From Octopus sinensis (taxonomy: Eukaryota), in assembly GCF_006345805.1 (NCBI RefSeq), contig NC_043001.1:92876001-92940000 (forward strand): DNA of 64,000 bases, in the 5' to 3' direction. Shown piece by piece: positions 26,354 to 38,999 of the stretch. The stretch's first letter is position 1. Each line of letters begins with the position of its first letter. The notes below the pieces were generated by a model that was given only the letters and a program-made list of their open reading frames with translations, did no database searches and was not told the DNA's origin. The position numbers and the translations under genes are program-made.

Positions 26354-26926
26354 TCTCTTATTATAATATATTATATAAAATCCGTTCTGTCTGTGTGTGT
26401 CTTCTAGGATATCGGGCATTCTCCATCTGCTTGCGCTCAAATTTGATATGTAGATACCGACGGTATCAGGGTGTGTATAAGTCTTGAAAAAATTACAAAA
26501 ATCGATTCCAGGTGAGAATGCGATCGATAAAGCCGTGGGAACGTGCATCTTTACGCGCAAGTACATCAGCTGTTGCGATCGATACTACGCGTACGCGAGA
26601 AAAATGCACATGCAGTTTGCGCAAAAAAAGCCGGCTGGCTTGAAATAATGCTACAAAATGCAGAGACCAAAAAAGTAAGATGCAAAAGAGATATTTTCTT
26701 CAAACTTGGCATGAAGGAAGGAAAGACTATTTGGTTTCTCAAGAAGTTTTTTTTTGCCTTAACTTTTTATCTTTATTTCTTCTTTTACTGGTGTCTCAAA
26801 TATAGGTTAAATCAGTGTTTCTCAAAGGGGAGGCCTAAGAGACGGCCGGACAAGTTGTTTTGAGAAAATTTGGTTTAAATGTTTGACAACTCAGCTCCGT
26901 CCATTGGACGGGAGGTGTTTTGCTCG
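26354..26926 (+). mobile_element. Non-autonomous Helitron
   Basis: A|TC 5' end then ATAAAATCCGTTCTGTCTGTGTG; 3' hairpin CTCCGTCC-ATT-GGACGGGAG (26895-26914) then CTCG|T (variant of CTAG). Confidence 0.65.
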
Positions 26927-27723
26927 TATATATATACACAAACAAACAAATGTACATATATAACAAAATTTGATATTATTCTCGCACTATCTAAGTGCTT
27001 ATTACATACAATAAATATTTTAACAAGATTTCTTTGCTCAGAATTAGGTGCACGTTTTATACAGAAATAAATGTCGTGTGTTAATTGTTGTAAAAAGACA
27101 AACATACAATATGCACAAACTATATGGCATCATTAACATAATTTAATATTAACATGTCCAATATACCATAATATAAGCCAAACAGTCTACTGCTTACTGT
27201 TTTATATGATATTGTTTGTTGTTTTTTTCTTTTTTCACATACACATTTGTTCTTGGGTGGGTTCTTAGAATGTAGCTCTATGTGTTCCAGTTTTATTGCA
27301 GTAAAAAAAAAGCAATACATCATCTACCTTGAGGTAGATCTATATTGGAAATGACCTATTCGGAGTTTTGTTAAGCTTCATTAAATTGAATATTCCTTTC
27401 TCATTCACATCAGAGTAATGAGTCACAAATAAAACTTTTATGACTCTACATACATAGGTCTTTTCCTCTCATCTTTCAGCGAAAGAGTGTAAATAACTCC
27501 ATAAAACATCAATTTTTCAGATACTTTGTCTCATAAGCTTTATCTCAAAGCTTTATCCAAAACTTTGTGGGGATTTGTGTTATCTGATAGCATTTGATAA
27601 TCTACACACTAATAATGAAACTTTTTAAATTGCACTTGCCGAACAAGAACAAGTGAAAAAAAATACAGTATCTAACAACGAAATAAAAAAAAACGAAACA
27701 TGGAAAAACTAAGCTTTCATTAT

Positions 27724-27860
27724 TTCACAACCATCGGTGCACGAGATGGTTGTGAACTGAGAGTAGGAATCGGAAAAGGAGAAATGTACACGTGATGCGC
27801 ATATGCAAACTTAATTCGTAAAACGGAAGACAAGAATAAACAGGCAATGCGCATGTTAAA
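27724..27860 (-). promoter_or_regulatory. Candidate promoter of a minus-strand transcript
   Basis: Clustered CACGTG (27789), TGCGCA (27796, 27848), CGGAAG (27824) and an Inr-like TCAGTT on the minus strand (27755-27760), at the edge of a CpG-retaining zone. Confidence 0.35.
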
Positions 27861-27961
27861 ACAAAACGGAGAAAAAGAATAAAAAACACAATGTATGCCA
27901 CGTCTGATGACACCATCATGCAGCTCTGCTGCAATTTTCTTGTTTTTGAGAAATTAATCAC

Positions 27962-28110
27962 AGCGTAAAGTGTTTAGCATTAAGAAGGGCATCCAGCTGT
28001 AAAAACCATGCCAAAACCGGCAGTAGAACCTGGCCCAGTGTCCAAACTTGCCAGCTCCTGTCAAACCGTGCAACAAATGCTAGAAGTGAAACCAGACGTT
28101 AAATGATGAT
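27962..28110 (+). mobile_element. RTE 3' tail fragment
   Basis: AAGGGCATCCAGCTGTAAAAACC...GACGTTAAATGATGATG. Confidence 0.75.
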
Positions 28111-28695
28111 GTACCCCTTAAGAATTCATTCTAAGGTAATTTCTTTTTCAAGTGACTATAACAGTAATAATGTAAAATGCATAATCAACTTAGAAAACCT
28201 CACAGTTACTAGAATTGTTATTAAATAATAATACGTTGTGGATTTAGTTATCTCAATCAAGACATCCATATAGCTAGTCATATTTCTCATCTTTCAGGAG
28301 GCATTTTGCTTAATAGGGTATCTAATTTCATAAATTTACCCGAAAGTTTCTTACGAAAACAACTTAATTCACCATTTAACATGTAAATCAGTGGCACTTA
28401 AAGCAAGTTGGAATTCTAAAAGCTAACAAACAGCTCGATTAAACAGAAAAAATATATCATTTGAAATAAGTGATTTCAAATATGAACCAGAGTATGAAGA
28501 AATTCTGTAGTACAGCAAAACATTTTTTAAATCTTATGATTTTGTAATTTCTAGGTTTAATCATTTGTTGAGTCATTTCCCAAAATTTCTGTGAACTATG
28601 ACATAAGTAACAAAACCATTTTAACTGGGGTTTTTTTAATAGTTATTCTTATAAAAAAAAAAAACTAAACTAAAATATATCAATGCGAAAGTATT

Positions 28696-29076
28696 TATTT
28701 CCTTATTGCACACAGGGGGCTAAGCAGAGGGGACAAACAAGGACAGGCAAAGGATTTCAGTCGATTATATCGAGTCTAGTGCATAACTGGTACTTATTTA
28801 ATCGACCTCGAAAGGTTGAAAGGCAAAGTCGACCTCGGCGGAATTTGAACTCAGAACGTAGCGGCAGACGAAATACCTATTTCTTTATTACCCACAAGGA
28901 GCTAAGCATAGAGGGGACAAACAAGGACAAAGGTATTAAGTCGATTACATCGATCCCAGTGTGTAAACGGTACTTAATTTATCGACCCTGAAAGGATGAA
29001 AGATAAAGTCGACCTCGACGGAATTTGAACTCAGAACGTAGCGGACGAAATACCGCTAAGCATTTCGCCTGGCGTG
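28696..29076 (-). mobile_element. SINE (second family) with internal tandem duplication and 16-bp TSD
   Basis: TCAATGCGAAAGTATT at 28680-28695 and 29077-29092; two units of about 180 bp. Confidence 0.88.
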
Positions 29077-29819
29077 TCAATGCGAAAGTATTGGAGGTCA
29101 AAACTGCATACATCCATAAATTTAGATAAAGCAAAAAAGGAAATATTAGATAACAATACAATAGGATTAGAAATAGACTTTTTTCCATACTTTGGTGTGA
29201 CCCCAAAACAGGGAACAGCGGATAATAAATGTCGTAAATTCAGCATTTTCTAAAATGCAAAAATTTTCTGCAAAATGCATGATAGTATGGTGAATGCTGA
29301 AAATTCTTGCATAATACGAAATTGACAAGCCTGTTTATTCGCCAATTTTAATTTTTTTAACTGTAAAAATAGTGAAGTTACGTCAAAAAAGATTGAATGC
29401 AATAAATTTTATTTAATATAAATAAAATATTAGAAAAACCATTCGTGCATTATTTTGGAAACGGAATATTTATTAAAAACAAATAATCTCTCCGCAAAAT
29501 TATATTTTGATGTATAATTGCCCTCGTTCAATTAAGTCGTGTGAATTACAATAATACATCCAGAGACTCACTCGAAAGCTCGACAACATTTCGAATTTCT
29601 CTATGAAAATTTCATTGAAAAAGTATGCCCATTAAAGACGTTTTTTTTTTTTGCCTTCATGGATTTATACAGAGAGAAATTAGTCAAACAATATTTCTAA
29701 AAGATGAGGCAAAATGGCGTTGGGCATCGAACGGCGTCTGTCTTTCCTCTCTTCACAAATTATTTTACTTTCTCAATGCAATTAAATTCAAATAAATACA
29801 TCATACACATATTATTACT

Positions 29820-30235
29820 TTCTTTTATCTCTTTTACTTGTTTCAGTCATTTGACTGTGACCATGCTGGAGCACCGCCTTTAGTCGAGAGCAAATCGACC
29901 CCAGGACTTATTTTTGTAAGCCTAGCACTTATTCTATCGGTCTCTTTTGCCGAACCGCTAAGTTACGGGGACGTAAACACACCAGCATCGGTTGTAAAGC
30001 GATGTTGGCGGGGACAAACACAGACACACAAACATATACACACACACACACACATACATATATATTATGCATATATACGACAGGCTTCTTTCGGTTTCCG
30101 TCTACTAAATCCACTCACAAGGCTTTGGTTGGCCCGAGGCTATAGTAGAAGGCACTTGCCCAAGGTGCCACGCAGTGGGACTGAACTCGGAACCATGTGG
30201 TTTGTAAGCAAGCTACTTACCACACAGCCACTCCT
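29820..30235 (-). mobile_element. Near full-length tRNA-derived SINE (Octopus OK/OR-like)
   Basis: Head on the minus strand GGAGTGGCTGTGTGGTAAG...GAGTTCAGTCCC; tail TTTCAGTCATTTGACTG. Confidence 0.9.
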
Positions 30236-30454
30236 ATATTATCAGAATAAAAATTAAAATTGTCATATGTTAAATACAGTGTAACGAATGATTAAAAGGA
30301 GTTTATAAGGATCTTTCACTACAAGCAACAACATATTTGCTTTAAGATTAACATTGGTAATGCATAAGTATCGCTAAACTCGTTCCTTCGCATTTTTTTA
30401 TAGTGTGAAATCAATAAAACTCATTTACTATTGACGTTTACGAGAAATTCATCT

Positions 30455-30640
30455 ACGAGGGCACTCGACCTGCTAGAAATAGCAATCAAATCATATCCAC
30501 CGTCTTAAAAAGATGGCCACATTGGATAACGCACTCCGGAATATATTCTGAAGAGTAAAAAAAAAAGACGAGATGGTCATGAATGGGATGTCTTTGATCA
30601 TATATCAGTTCAATCAAGTCCGAACTGTGACTAAACAACA
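30455..30640 (+). mobile_element. SINE fragment, third family (GACCTGCTAGAAATAGC core; related fragments at ~48150-48365, ~32900-32950 and ~51140)
   Basis: Shared core motif across copies. Confidence 0.55.
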
Positions 30641-31186
30641 ACATGTTTACGAAAATGTCAAACAATCGACTATTAATTACATGACTACATGACAAAAAAA
30701 GATAAAGAGAGACTGGAGGAACATTTTTGTGAATATGAAATGAGAAAGAAGCAAGACTCAGTGAAATTGTTTTAAAAACGTAAATAGCATGTACGCTTTT
30801 GATATGAAATTGAACTCATTACCTTTTTTTGATCCGCTGAAGCTAGTTATAGAATATTCAGTCAAAGATATTCTTTAATTTAAAAGACAATGTCAGTAAA
30901 CTAGTAACATTCATTAAGTTTGCTTTCTCCACACACCGTCCATTAGCTTCGTCTGCCTCAAATCGATCGTCTGCTAAATGGTTGAAGGTCGGGGTTAGAG
31001 AGTAAAAAACGAAGCTAAGACTAGTGAGAGAGGGGGAGGTATTCATTTATTTATTTATTTATTTATTTTAGCCCATGGCAGCTCTGATCCAACAGCAGAT
31101 CAATGATTTAGGATAACAAATTTTATATTTCGTTTTTGGATTTGGTTTGCAAGATTCTTTATATGAGTCTGTGTTGAAGCATATTC

Positions 31187-31368
31187 TGTTGTGTCTGGGG
31201 GGGGGGAGTCATCTTCTTTTTGTGCCTTATAATATAACACACTCACCGGTAAAATTTCCACTTTTTTCTTATTTTTATAGGAAAATAAAAATAAGAAAAA
31301 AGTGGAAATTTTACCGGTGTGTGTGTTTATAAGGCACAAAAAGAAAATGACTCTCCCCAGACACAACA
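31187..31368. repeat. Long inverted repeat, about 85-90-bp arms, 6-nt loop
   Basis: 31187-31278 pairs with 31285-31368. Confidence 0.9.
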
Positions 31369-31917
31369 AAATTTATATTTTTAATTCAGATATTATGTGT
31401 ACTGCTACACTGTATAATAAATTCTTGTCAGAGTTTTGGAATAGCTATCACTGCTATTTCACGAGGATGCAAAAGGGCGCAGAATTGGAAGGGGTAGGCG
31501 AAAATATTTTTTTTTTTAAAGTTGAATAAAAAATTTTTCCAGAATCGAATTCCTGTTGTATGAAACAAAGGAATACATGAAAAACGAAGAAAAGCATCCA
31601 ATTTCGTACCCTTTTACTTCCTCTATAGGGTAGTGATATTCTTTCAAAAGCTCCACTATAAATCTTACTCTTTTCCATATTTAAGAGAGTATAAATACTG
31701 CCTGGGATTTAAATGAAAGTTTTGAACAGGGATGCTTTTGAACGCTTTTTTTTCCCCCACTCAAACGATATAGTATAATTTTTCGAGTAAATAAAATAAA
31801 ACCCGAAATAAAAAGCTATTTGCATTGATGCAAACGCGTATTTTGTAGCAAGATCGAATGGCCATTAAAGGTTGATTCCTAGGCTGAAGAGGAGAGAGAG
31901 AGTCGAAAGTGGAAATA

Positions 31918-32388
31918 CGTAATTCCTCGAGTATAATCCGCATTTTTTTCCCAAAAATTTAATGGTCAAAATCCCTAGTGCATACTATATACGAGGTTAA
32001 AAATGAAAATTATTTTTTAAGCAATGTACGAGTCTCTATTTGCTGTCCGGCAATGTTTATTCAGACGCATTTTGTGATGTCGGGCGCGAAAATACCTTAA
32101 ATCATCCATAACTTGCAGTTAGCAACATTTATTAAACGTTATTACTGTTATTTCTTATTTTCTGCAAACAAAAAAAGCTACACGTTTGCATTATGTTATA
32201 TATACAATAACAATAAAGGACGTTACCGTATACATTTTTAAAAACCAAGGACGTTATATGGACTTCTTTGACTCAAGTTAGAGAGGGGGTGTGTATTATG
32301 CATAAGGTTTGGGTTTTTCAGAGGTACAGCCCCCTAAAAATCCCCTGCGTATTATACTCAAGGGCGGACTATACTCGAGGATTTACGG
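31918..32388. mobile_element. Tc1/pogo-type MITE
   Basis: TIRs CGTAATTCCTCGAGTATAATCCGC / GCGGACTATACTCGAGGATTTACGG; TA flanks. Confidence 0.8.
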
Positions 32389-33178
32389 TAATAAAATCAC
32401 GAGAGAAATAAATAGAGATGCGATGAAGTGACAGAAGAAATATCAAATAGAAACAAAAGGAAACTAATTATATTTGAGTCATGATGGCGACAGGGAAATC
32501 CCCAACTAAATTAACCAACACCTTGAAAAAAAATTCTTTTGTTCCTAATTGAATCTTAGGGTCTTTATAATTTCATATAAGAATGTTTTCGTAGCGATCC
32601 TTCCATATTAGTATAAAGAGCGTCGGTATGAGAAGACGGTGTTGTTCACCCTCTTTTTTTTAGTCTAGCCACTTTATCCATGACATGAAGGTTGATTATG
32701 TGGGTGATGATGTCTACCAATATGGAAGGATTGCCGTTTTCGTTGATTTTTGTTAGCTTCATATCAGAACTTAAGAAGCATATTTTTAATCAAATTTATT
32801 CTTGCTATGACCATCCCACCTTTTACTCAAGCATAGTGAATGTATCTAGGGCTACGCTATCAAATGTGTTCTTTCTTTTAACTTAAAATTTAAGCTTAAG
32901 CAATTTAACTGTTTTTCCTAGCAGGTCGAGCAACAACTGTGGATGGAGCTCGCTCGTTGGCTCTGAGATGATCCCCTATTTGCTTACAATGATAAAATAT
33001 AAGTTCACACCCCTTTAAGGTGTTGCTGAACCTATATAATAAACTATTAAACCAACACATAAACTATGAGAACTGTAGTGCATTCATGCGTTCTTATAGA
33101 ACGATATTCATGAAATTGATTTAAATTCCATGCTTAAGATAAATACACACTTAAAACGTGAAGTGTGATTATCATAAA

Positions 33179-33561
33179 CTAGTAGTATAGCCCGGCGTTG
33201 CTCGGGTTTGTTTTGACCCTTTAGAATTGGAATTTTTGAAAAGTAAAAATTTTGCATTGTGTAGCTTTAAGTGAACATTTTTCTGGTTGAAATACACCGA
33301 AAAATGGCGACACAGCAGTAAAAAAATCGTAAGAAATAGTGATTTTCACAGAAAAAAAAACCACCTTTTTGATGTAAATAATTTTTGGTGTTAACACGGT
33401 CCGACTTGATTTTTTTCTATTAAGGAAGAGCAAGCCCTCTTCTATCATACTGTCAATTTTGGTCAACTTTCGCCACAGGGTCTCGAAGGAGATAGTGTTA
33501 GTTGAGGGCTACCAAACCTGCCACACACACAGACAGCTTCAGCTTTATATATAGAGAGAGA
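33179..33561 (-). mobile_element. Non-autonomous Helitron with intact termini
   Basis: A|TC 5' end (33561), 3' hairpin CCCGAGCAACGCCGGG (33191-33206), CTAG|T 3' end (33179). Confidence 0.9.
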
Positions 33562-33679
33562 TTTTCAATTCCACTTCGTCTGATTTAAAGTTAAGAATTT
33601 AACTTGACTGAGAAAAATCTTATAATTGAATTACACAATGACTAACCCTCTATTATTCAGCACATACACACACACACAC

Positions 33680-36519
33680 ATGAAACAAGAAGGAGCAAAG
33701 GGACCAGTCAGTCTCAGGAGCAGGTGTGAGGGACGAAATTCCCACAAACTTATTTAACCTGGTAATCAAGAGGAGGGAACGCCCAAAGTAACATTAGCCT
33801 TGGTGCTCAGACACATTGCTACTTCACTGATCCTGTGTATGTGTGAGTGTATTTTCACACATAAAAAGATGTATATGTGTGTGTATACACACACCAGACC
33901 ACATATATCAGCAAGGCAAACCAGCATTTAACATTTTAATTGATGTATTATAGGTCACTACATGCACAAAATGCTGATGCTAGTATTTTTTTTAACCCTG
34001 AATTAATAAAATTGGTATGCCTATCATCTCGTATAACTCTGATAATGTCGCATATTTCTGTTTTTCATTTACTACCTGGCCTGCTTTTTCTTCCTGTTGT
34101 CTTTTCTTTGCCATTACCTTGCCAAGTAAACATGATACATTACTATTGGTTTTGAACTAAAATCCCTGAATAGCTTTGGAGAGAAACAGACAAGAAAGAA
34201 AATTCTCGAGATGAAAGAGGATCCTTAAAAGAGAATGAAAAGGAAGATGGAAGAGAGCGTGTATGTGAATATATAAGAATACAGGTGGGTAACAGTTAGA
34301 AAATGGCGTGTGAGATTACCATATAAAAATGGCGATGGTTTCAAATGTCAAATTACTCTACTCTTATCAGACAATAAAAGAGAAGTTTCTGGTTACAAAG
34401 TACCACTCTAAGATTGATTCACTCCGGGACATCAAAATGGAAAAAGAAAAAAATACATTTCAAGGCCGATTCATAACACTGAATTGCTTTCAGATACCTA
34501 AGCAGGATTTTGATAAGTAACCAACCTTCTCCCTCACATAAAGATGATGGAATTCCAATACATTATGATTTTTCTTACTTCCCATATAAACAGTGTCGTG
34601 TTATATTTGACAGTCCATAATATAAGGTCCAGATACTTAGATTGGTACCAAAATCAACAAAACCAGACAAACAATAAACATTAAAAAGAGAAAATTAGAT
34701 TTTAGAAAGAGAAAACTACGTCGAGAAAATCAGTGAGGTCTACTAGATAAATCCTAAGTATTATTTATTGTCTGACAGTTAATATTGATTTATTTTTCTT
34801 ACTATATAACAGTGAACGTTATATAACTGAGAAAAAGAAAAAAGGCAAGTAAATTTCCAGTTCACTTCAGCTAATACTCTTGGTACAGACATGAACATCA
34901 CATAATCTCATGACAAAACATGTAAAATCATGGTTCTGTGACACAAAAAAATATGTTGACCTCTTTTGGCCAGTGTTCTCAAATTTATGGAGAATAAACA
35001 AAAGAGGGAGACTGAGTATTATTTTTGCCTTCTCTGGGACATTAAGTAGCAAGGAGTTGACACTAGGTCATGTTATTAGGTTCACAGAGAAATTACAATT
35101 TCTTGCAAAATAACTATTGCACAAAAAGTATATTCTATTACAATGATACTCAAACTTCATTCCATTTAACAACAGAGCAAATGAGTTAACACTGAACATC
35201 GAAAGTGAGTGTTTCCTTCACAGAATGCAACAGAAAGCATTCATAGTCACTTGGGAAATAAAGCCAGAAAAAATTTTAAAAAACTTTACCAACGTGAACA
35301 GTGTTGTTGTTAGCTGGTGGATTAACTTCTATTTCACAACTGAAAATCTATTCCTGACCATTAATTCACTGACCCCTTTCCTCAGCAATCTCTTCCCACC
35401 ATTATTAACCTTATCATTAACCCTAGTTGTTTCTCTACGACCTATTTTCATTCCAAACAACTGTCCTGGTCATAAGTTCCATGCACAATATATTAATCTT
35501 ATATTAATCTTTGTGTACACACACATACATATATATATAAAAGACACCATCCGAGTGTGATCGTTGCCAGAGTAGCTAACTGGCTTCCGTGCTGGTGACA
35601 TGTAAGAGGCACCATTCGAGCAGGATTGTTACCAGCATCGCCTTATTGGCACCTGTGCCGTTGACATGTGTAAAAAGATTTGAGCGAGGTCATTGCCAGT
35701 AGTGCCTGATTGGCTCCTGTGCCAGTGGCACTTAAAAGCACCCATTACACTCTCGGAGTGGTTGGCGTTAGGAAGGGCATCCATCTCTAGAGACTCTGCA
35801 AGATCAAGACTGGAGCCTGGTGCAGCCATCTGGTTCGCCAGCCCTCAGTCAAACCGTCCAACTAGCATGGAAAGCGGACGTTAAATGATGATGATATACA
35901 CTCTCACATCTGTATATATTTGTGATGTGTGTATATAAAAGTTACATTCACGCACATTTATCTGTATCTCTATAAATATACATGCATATGTATGCATGCA
36001 TGCACATAATTTGAGCAATGTGAGCTAGGAGTGAGAATAAGCGGAGGCAGTTAAAAAATAATCCAATTACAATTTATTTATTGTACAACTTAAGGTCAGT
36101 AGTTCAAATTATGAACAATGGGATGGTCAGTATTTGGAAAGTGAACATTTACAAACGCAGGCCAGTAAATTTGACGGAATCATTAATCTATGTATGTGCA
36201 CTGAAAACCAGATTTTATTTTATGATAGACAAAGCAAAAGTTCCTCAACCCACAAAGAAAATAAATCTGCACAAGCAGAAATAGCTGTGAAAACTTACTG
36301 AAGTCACATGTTAATGACATAAAAGCAGATGGACACATTCAGGAAACATAGTCCAAGACGTACATGAAGATGAGAAAATCATGGCTAGAATGCTTCTGGT
36401 CAAAAGTCAATTCAATTAAAGCGGATCAGACACAAAATAACAACAATATCTGCAAAATACTAACTTCTAAGTACTGGTGTGTATGAGAATGTGTTGTTTA
36501 ATCTGGGTATCTATATATA

Positions 36520-36550
<31 letters not shown>

Positions 36551-36594
36551 GTATGTGTATATGTATGCATGTATATATACATATATACACACAT

Positions 36595-36634
<40 letters not shown>

Positions 36635-37201
36635 TGAGTTTTTTATAGCTTTTTTAATTTCTCTTCAGCCAGTTAATTTAGATATCAACAATTAACTAAG
36701 AAGACTCTTAATACAAATTCTGCTAATAAATTGAAATGCAGTTAAAAATAACACTGGCTAACTCATTCTTACTCATCAACCATGTAAATTCTTTTCTTGT
36801 GGGTGAAATTGTTGTTCAGTTAAGCTTTCTAAATTATAAGTTTTCTTAATAACAAGATATTGCTTGAGAATGCTGGAGGCGGGGCTGTGGAATACCCAAA
36901 ATAATTTATATAGTACATGTCAACAAACATCTTAAGTTAATCTTTGTTATTACCTGAGTTAGGTCATGAGCGCTAATAAAAGAGACACTATGTAGGTCAC
37001 TGAGGGTCACTAAACATTGACATTCTCACTTATCCACTATGAGATTAGTAATATTAATTCTGACTCAACTGGGAATAGGTTAATGAGTTTTATAGTTGCT
37101 TTATTTAGCCTTGTTTTGTAGCTGCATTGATCAAAGTAGCAATAACATTTATTTTGATGAAACTAAAAGTGAAAGAGACCAAGTTCTTAAATATTATTCT
37201 A

Positions 37202-37232
<31 letters not shown>

Positions 37233-37646
37233 CAGGCAGACATATAATATACAGGGATACATATATATAAAATGATCGCTTTCACATTGTACTATTATCT
37301 CTTTAGAACTGTTTCCAACAAAATGTAAAATTCCTCCAGGCATTTTTTTTGTTTCTCTATTTTCCACGTATCTTCCAAGATTTTGTGTTACTTCAGTCTA
37401 CTTTCGATGACAGCTATGTACTGAACAGTCACTAACTTGTTTTTACTTCTTTCCTTTCTGACTCTGAAGTTCTCTACCAACATATCCTATTCTGAACATC
37501 TGATACAAATAAGCTAACACAATAACAAGATTCAAGAAAATGGTGTAGTTTGTGCAGGGGAAAAAAAAAACAGTTGTCCTATTTTCGCACAGATGGATAC
37601 AGCACAGCAGTTAACCAAGGGTTTCCGAGAAGAAAATGTTTATTGA
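33680..37646 (+). CDS. Tentative multi-exon host CDS of unknown function: 33680-33723, 33954-34014, 34174-34284, 34371-34516, 34813-34848, 35176-35204, 37593-37646 (3' end not found)
   Basis: All GT-AG. The six internal exons are each open in only one frame and the phases chain consistently; branch point TGACTAAC upstream of the 33660 acceptor. No homology recognised. Confidence 0.38.
35546..35895 (+). mobile_element. RTE 3'-UTR copy with degenerate internal tandem units and (TGA)n tail
   Basis: Reverse complement of the family at 41354, 53833 and 60182. Confidence 0.85.
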
Positions 37647-38249
37647 GTAAACTACCGGTGATCAAATATATTAAATAATCATAGACATGTAGTCATAACT
37701 TTATAAAGAAAGGACCTAGAGAGATAACAATTACCAATGAACAACATATATTCATATATATATTTTTATATACCTACAGAAATATATACATGTACACACA
37801 CACACACACACACACAGATATATATTTAATTAATACTGATAGTACAAATTATAATCTGTTTCAGTCAGTTAGGCAATCTCAAGCAGATATTGTTTAACTG
37901 ACTGGAACAGGTTATATGCTGCATCCATATCAATTGTATATGTCCAATCAGTAGCAAATGCTTTGAGTTTTTTTATTAGGATAGTGAACTAGCTTGTCAT
38001 TGAACTAACACTTTTAACTATACATACATACACATATGCACACACACACAATTTATATGATTGTATATAATTAAAGTAGAAATATTAATTCTCCCCAATC
38101 CACAGAAGTTCGTTAAAAATAACTGACAACTTTTACTACCTCGGTGACCTAATTAGCAGCAGAAGTGGGTGTGCTGGAGGTATTGTAGGCTAAGTTAGGA
38201 TGGAAAATATTTAGGAAGCTATCACCTACACTGACTACAGAGGATTTCT

Positions 38250-38420
38250 ATCTCAAAGTAAAGATGAGACTCCATGATGCATGTTTACAAAATGCAATAT
38301 TACATAGTAGTGAGACATGCTTTTGAAATCAGAAGATTGTAGTGTTCGGAAAGAAATGACATATGCTTGCTCCAGAGGGTATAAAATGTTCATGAATCTT
38401 GTACAACAAAACATAGTGAG
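38250..38420 (+). pseudogene. RTE-clade LINE ORF remnant
   Basis: RLHDACLQNAILHSSETC resembles RLYDACVRTAMLHGSETW. Confidence 0.6.
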
Positions 38421-38609
38421 TTGTTGATAGAAAAACTGAATATAATGAGTATCAAATGTAACATTAATGCTGATATGGGTATATGGTGCATATGGAGGAT
38501 AATTGTTGTATAACAAAGTACCAAGCATTTTGTGTAGACGGAAACTATGGAATGAGACTATTACTTGCAATGCCAAACAAAAAAAAATCTGTTATATATT
38601 TATTATTTA

Positions 38610-38890
38610 TGCGCCCTTTTCAAGCCTAGCCAGACTCATGGGCCCGGTTTCTGTGGTGTATGTGTTCCCCCCAGCTGGACGGGATGCCAGTCCATCGCAG
38701 CATTACCCAAGAAACAGGAAGAGAGAGTGAGAGAAAGTTGGGGCGAAAGAGTACAACAGGGGTTGCCACCACCCCTTGCCGGAGCCTCGTGGAGCTTTAG
38801 GTGCTTTTGCTCAATAAACACACACAACGCCCTATCTGGGAATCAAACCACGAGTCCACTGCCCTAACCACTGAGCCATTGCACCTCCAC
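38610..38890 (-). mobile_element. tRNA-derived SINE, fourth family
   Basis: Minus strand A box TGGCTCAGTGG and B box GGTTTGATTCC at the head. Confidence 0.75.
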
Positions 38891-38999
38891 ATGTATATGT
38901 ACTTTTTCCAAATTTTAAGGGTATTTTGAAAGGCCAGGTTGGAGGCCCAATCTTCTGAGTTCTTTTACAGGGCTCAGAAAAACTGAAGGACCACTGCTA

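Noticed and set aside
30140-30235. tRNA-like sequences with A/B boxes (also at ~5800-5889, ~38830-38890 and ~52915)
   Set aside because: SINE heads: no complete cloverleaf, and continuous with SINE bodies.
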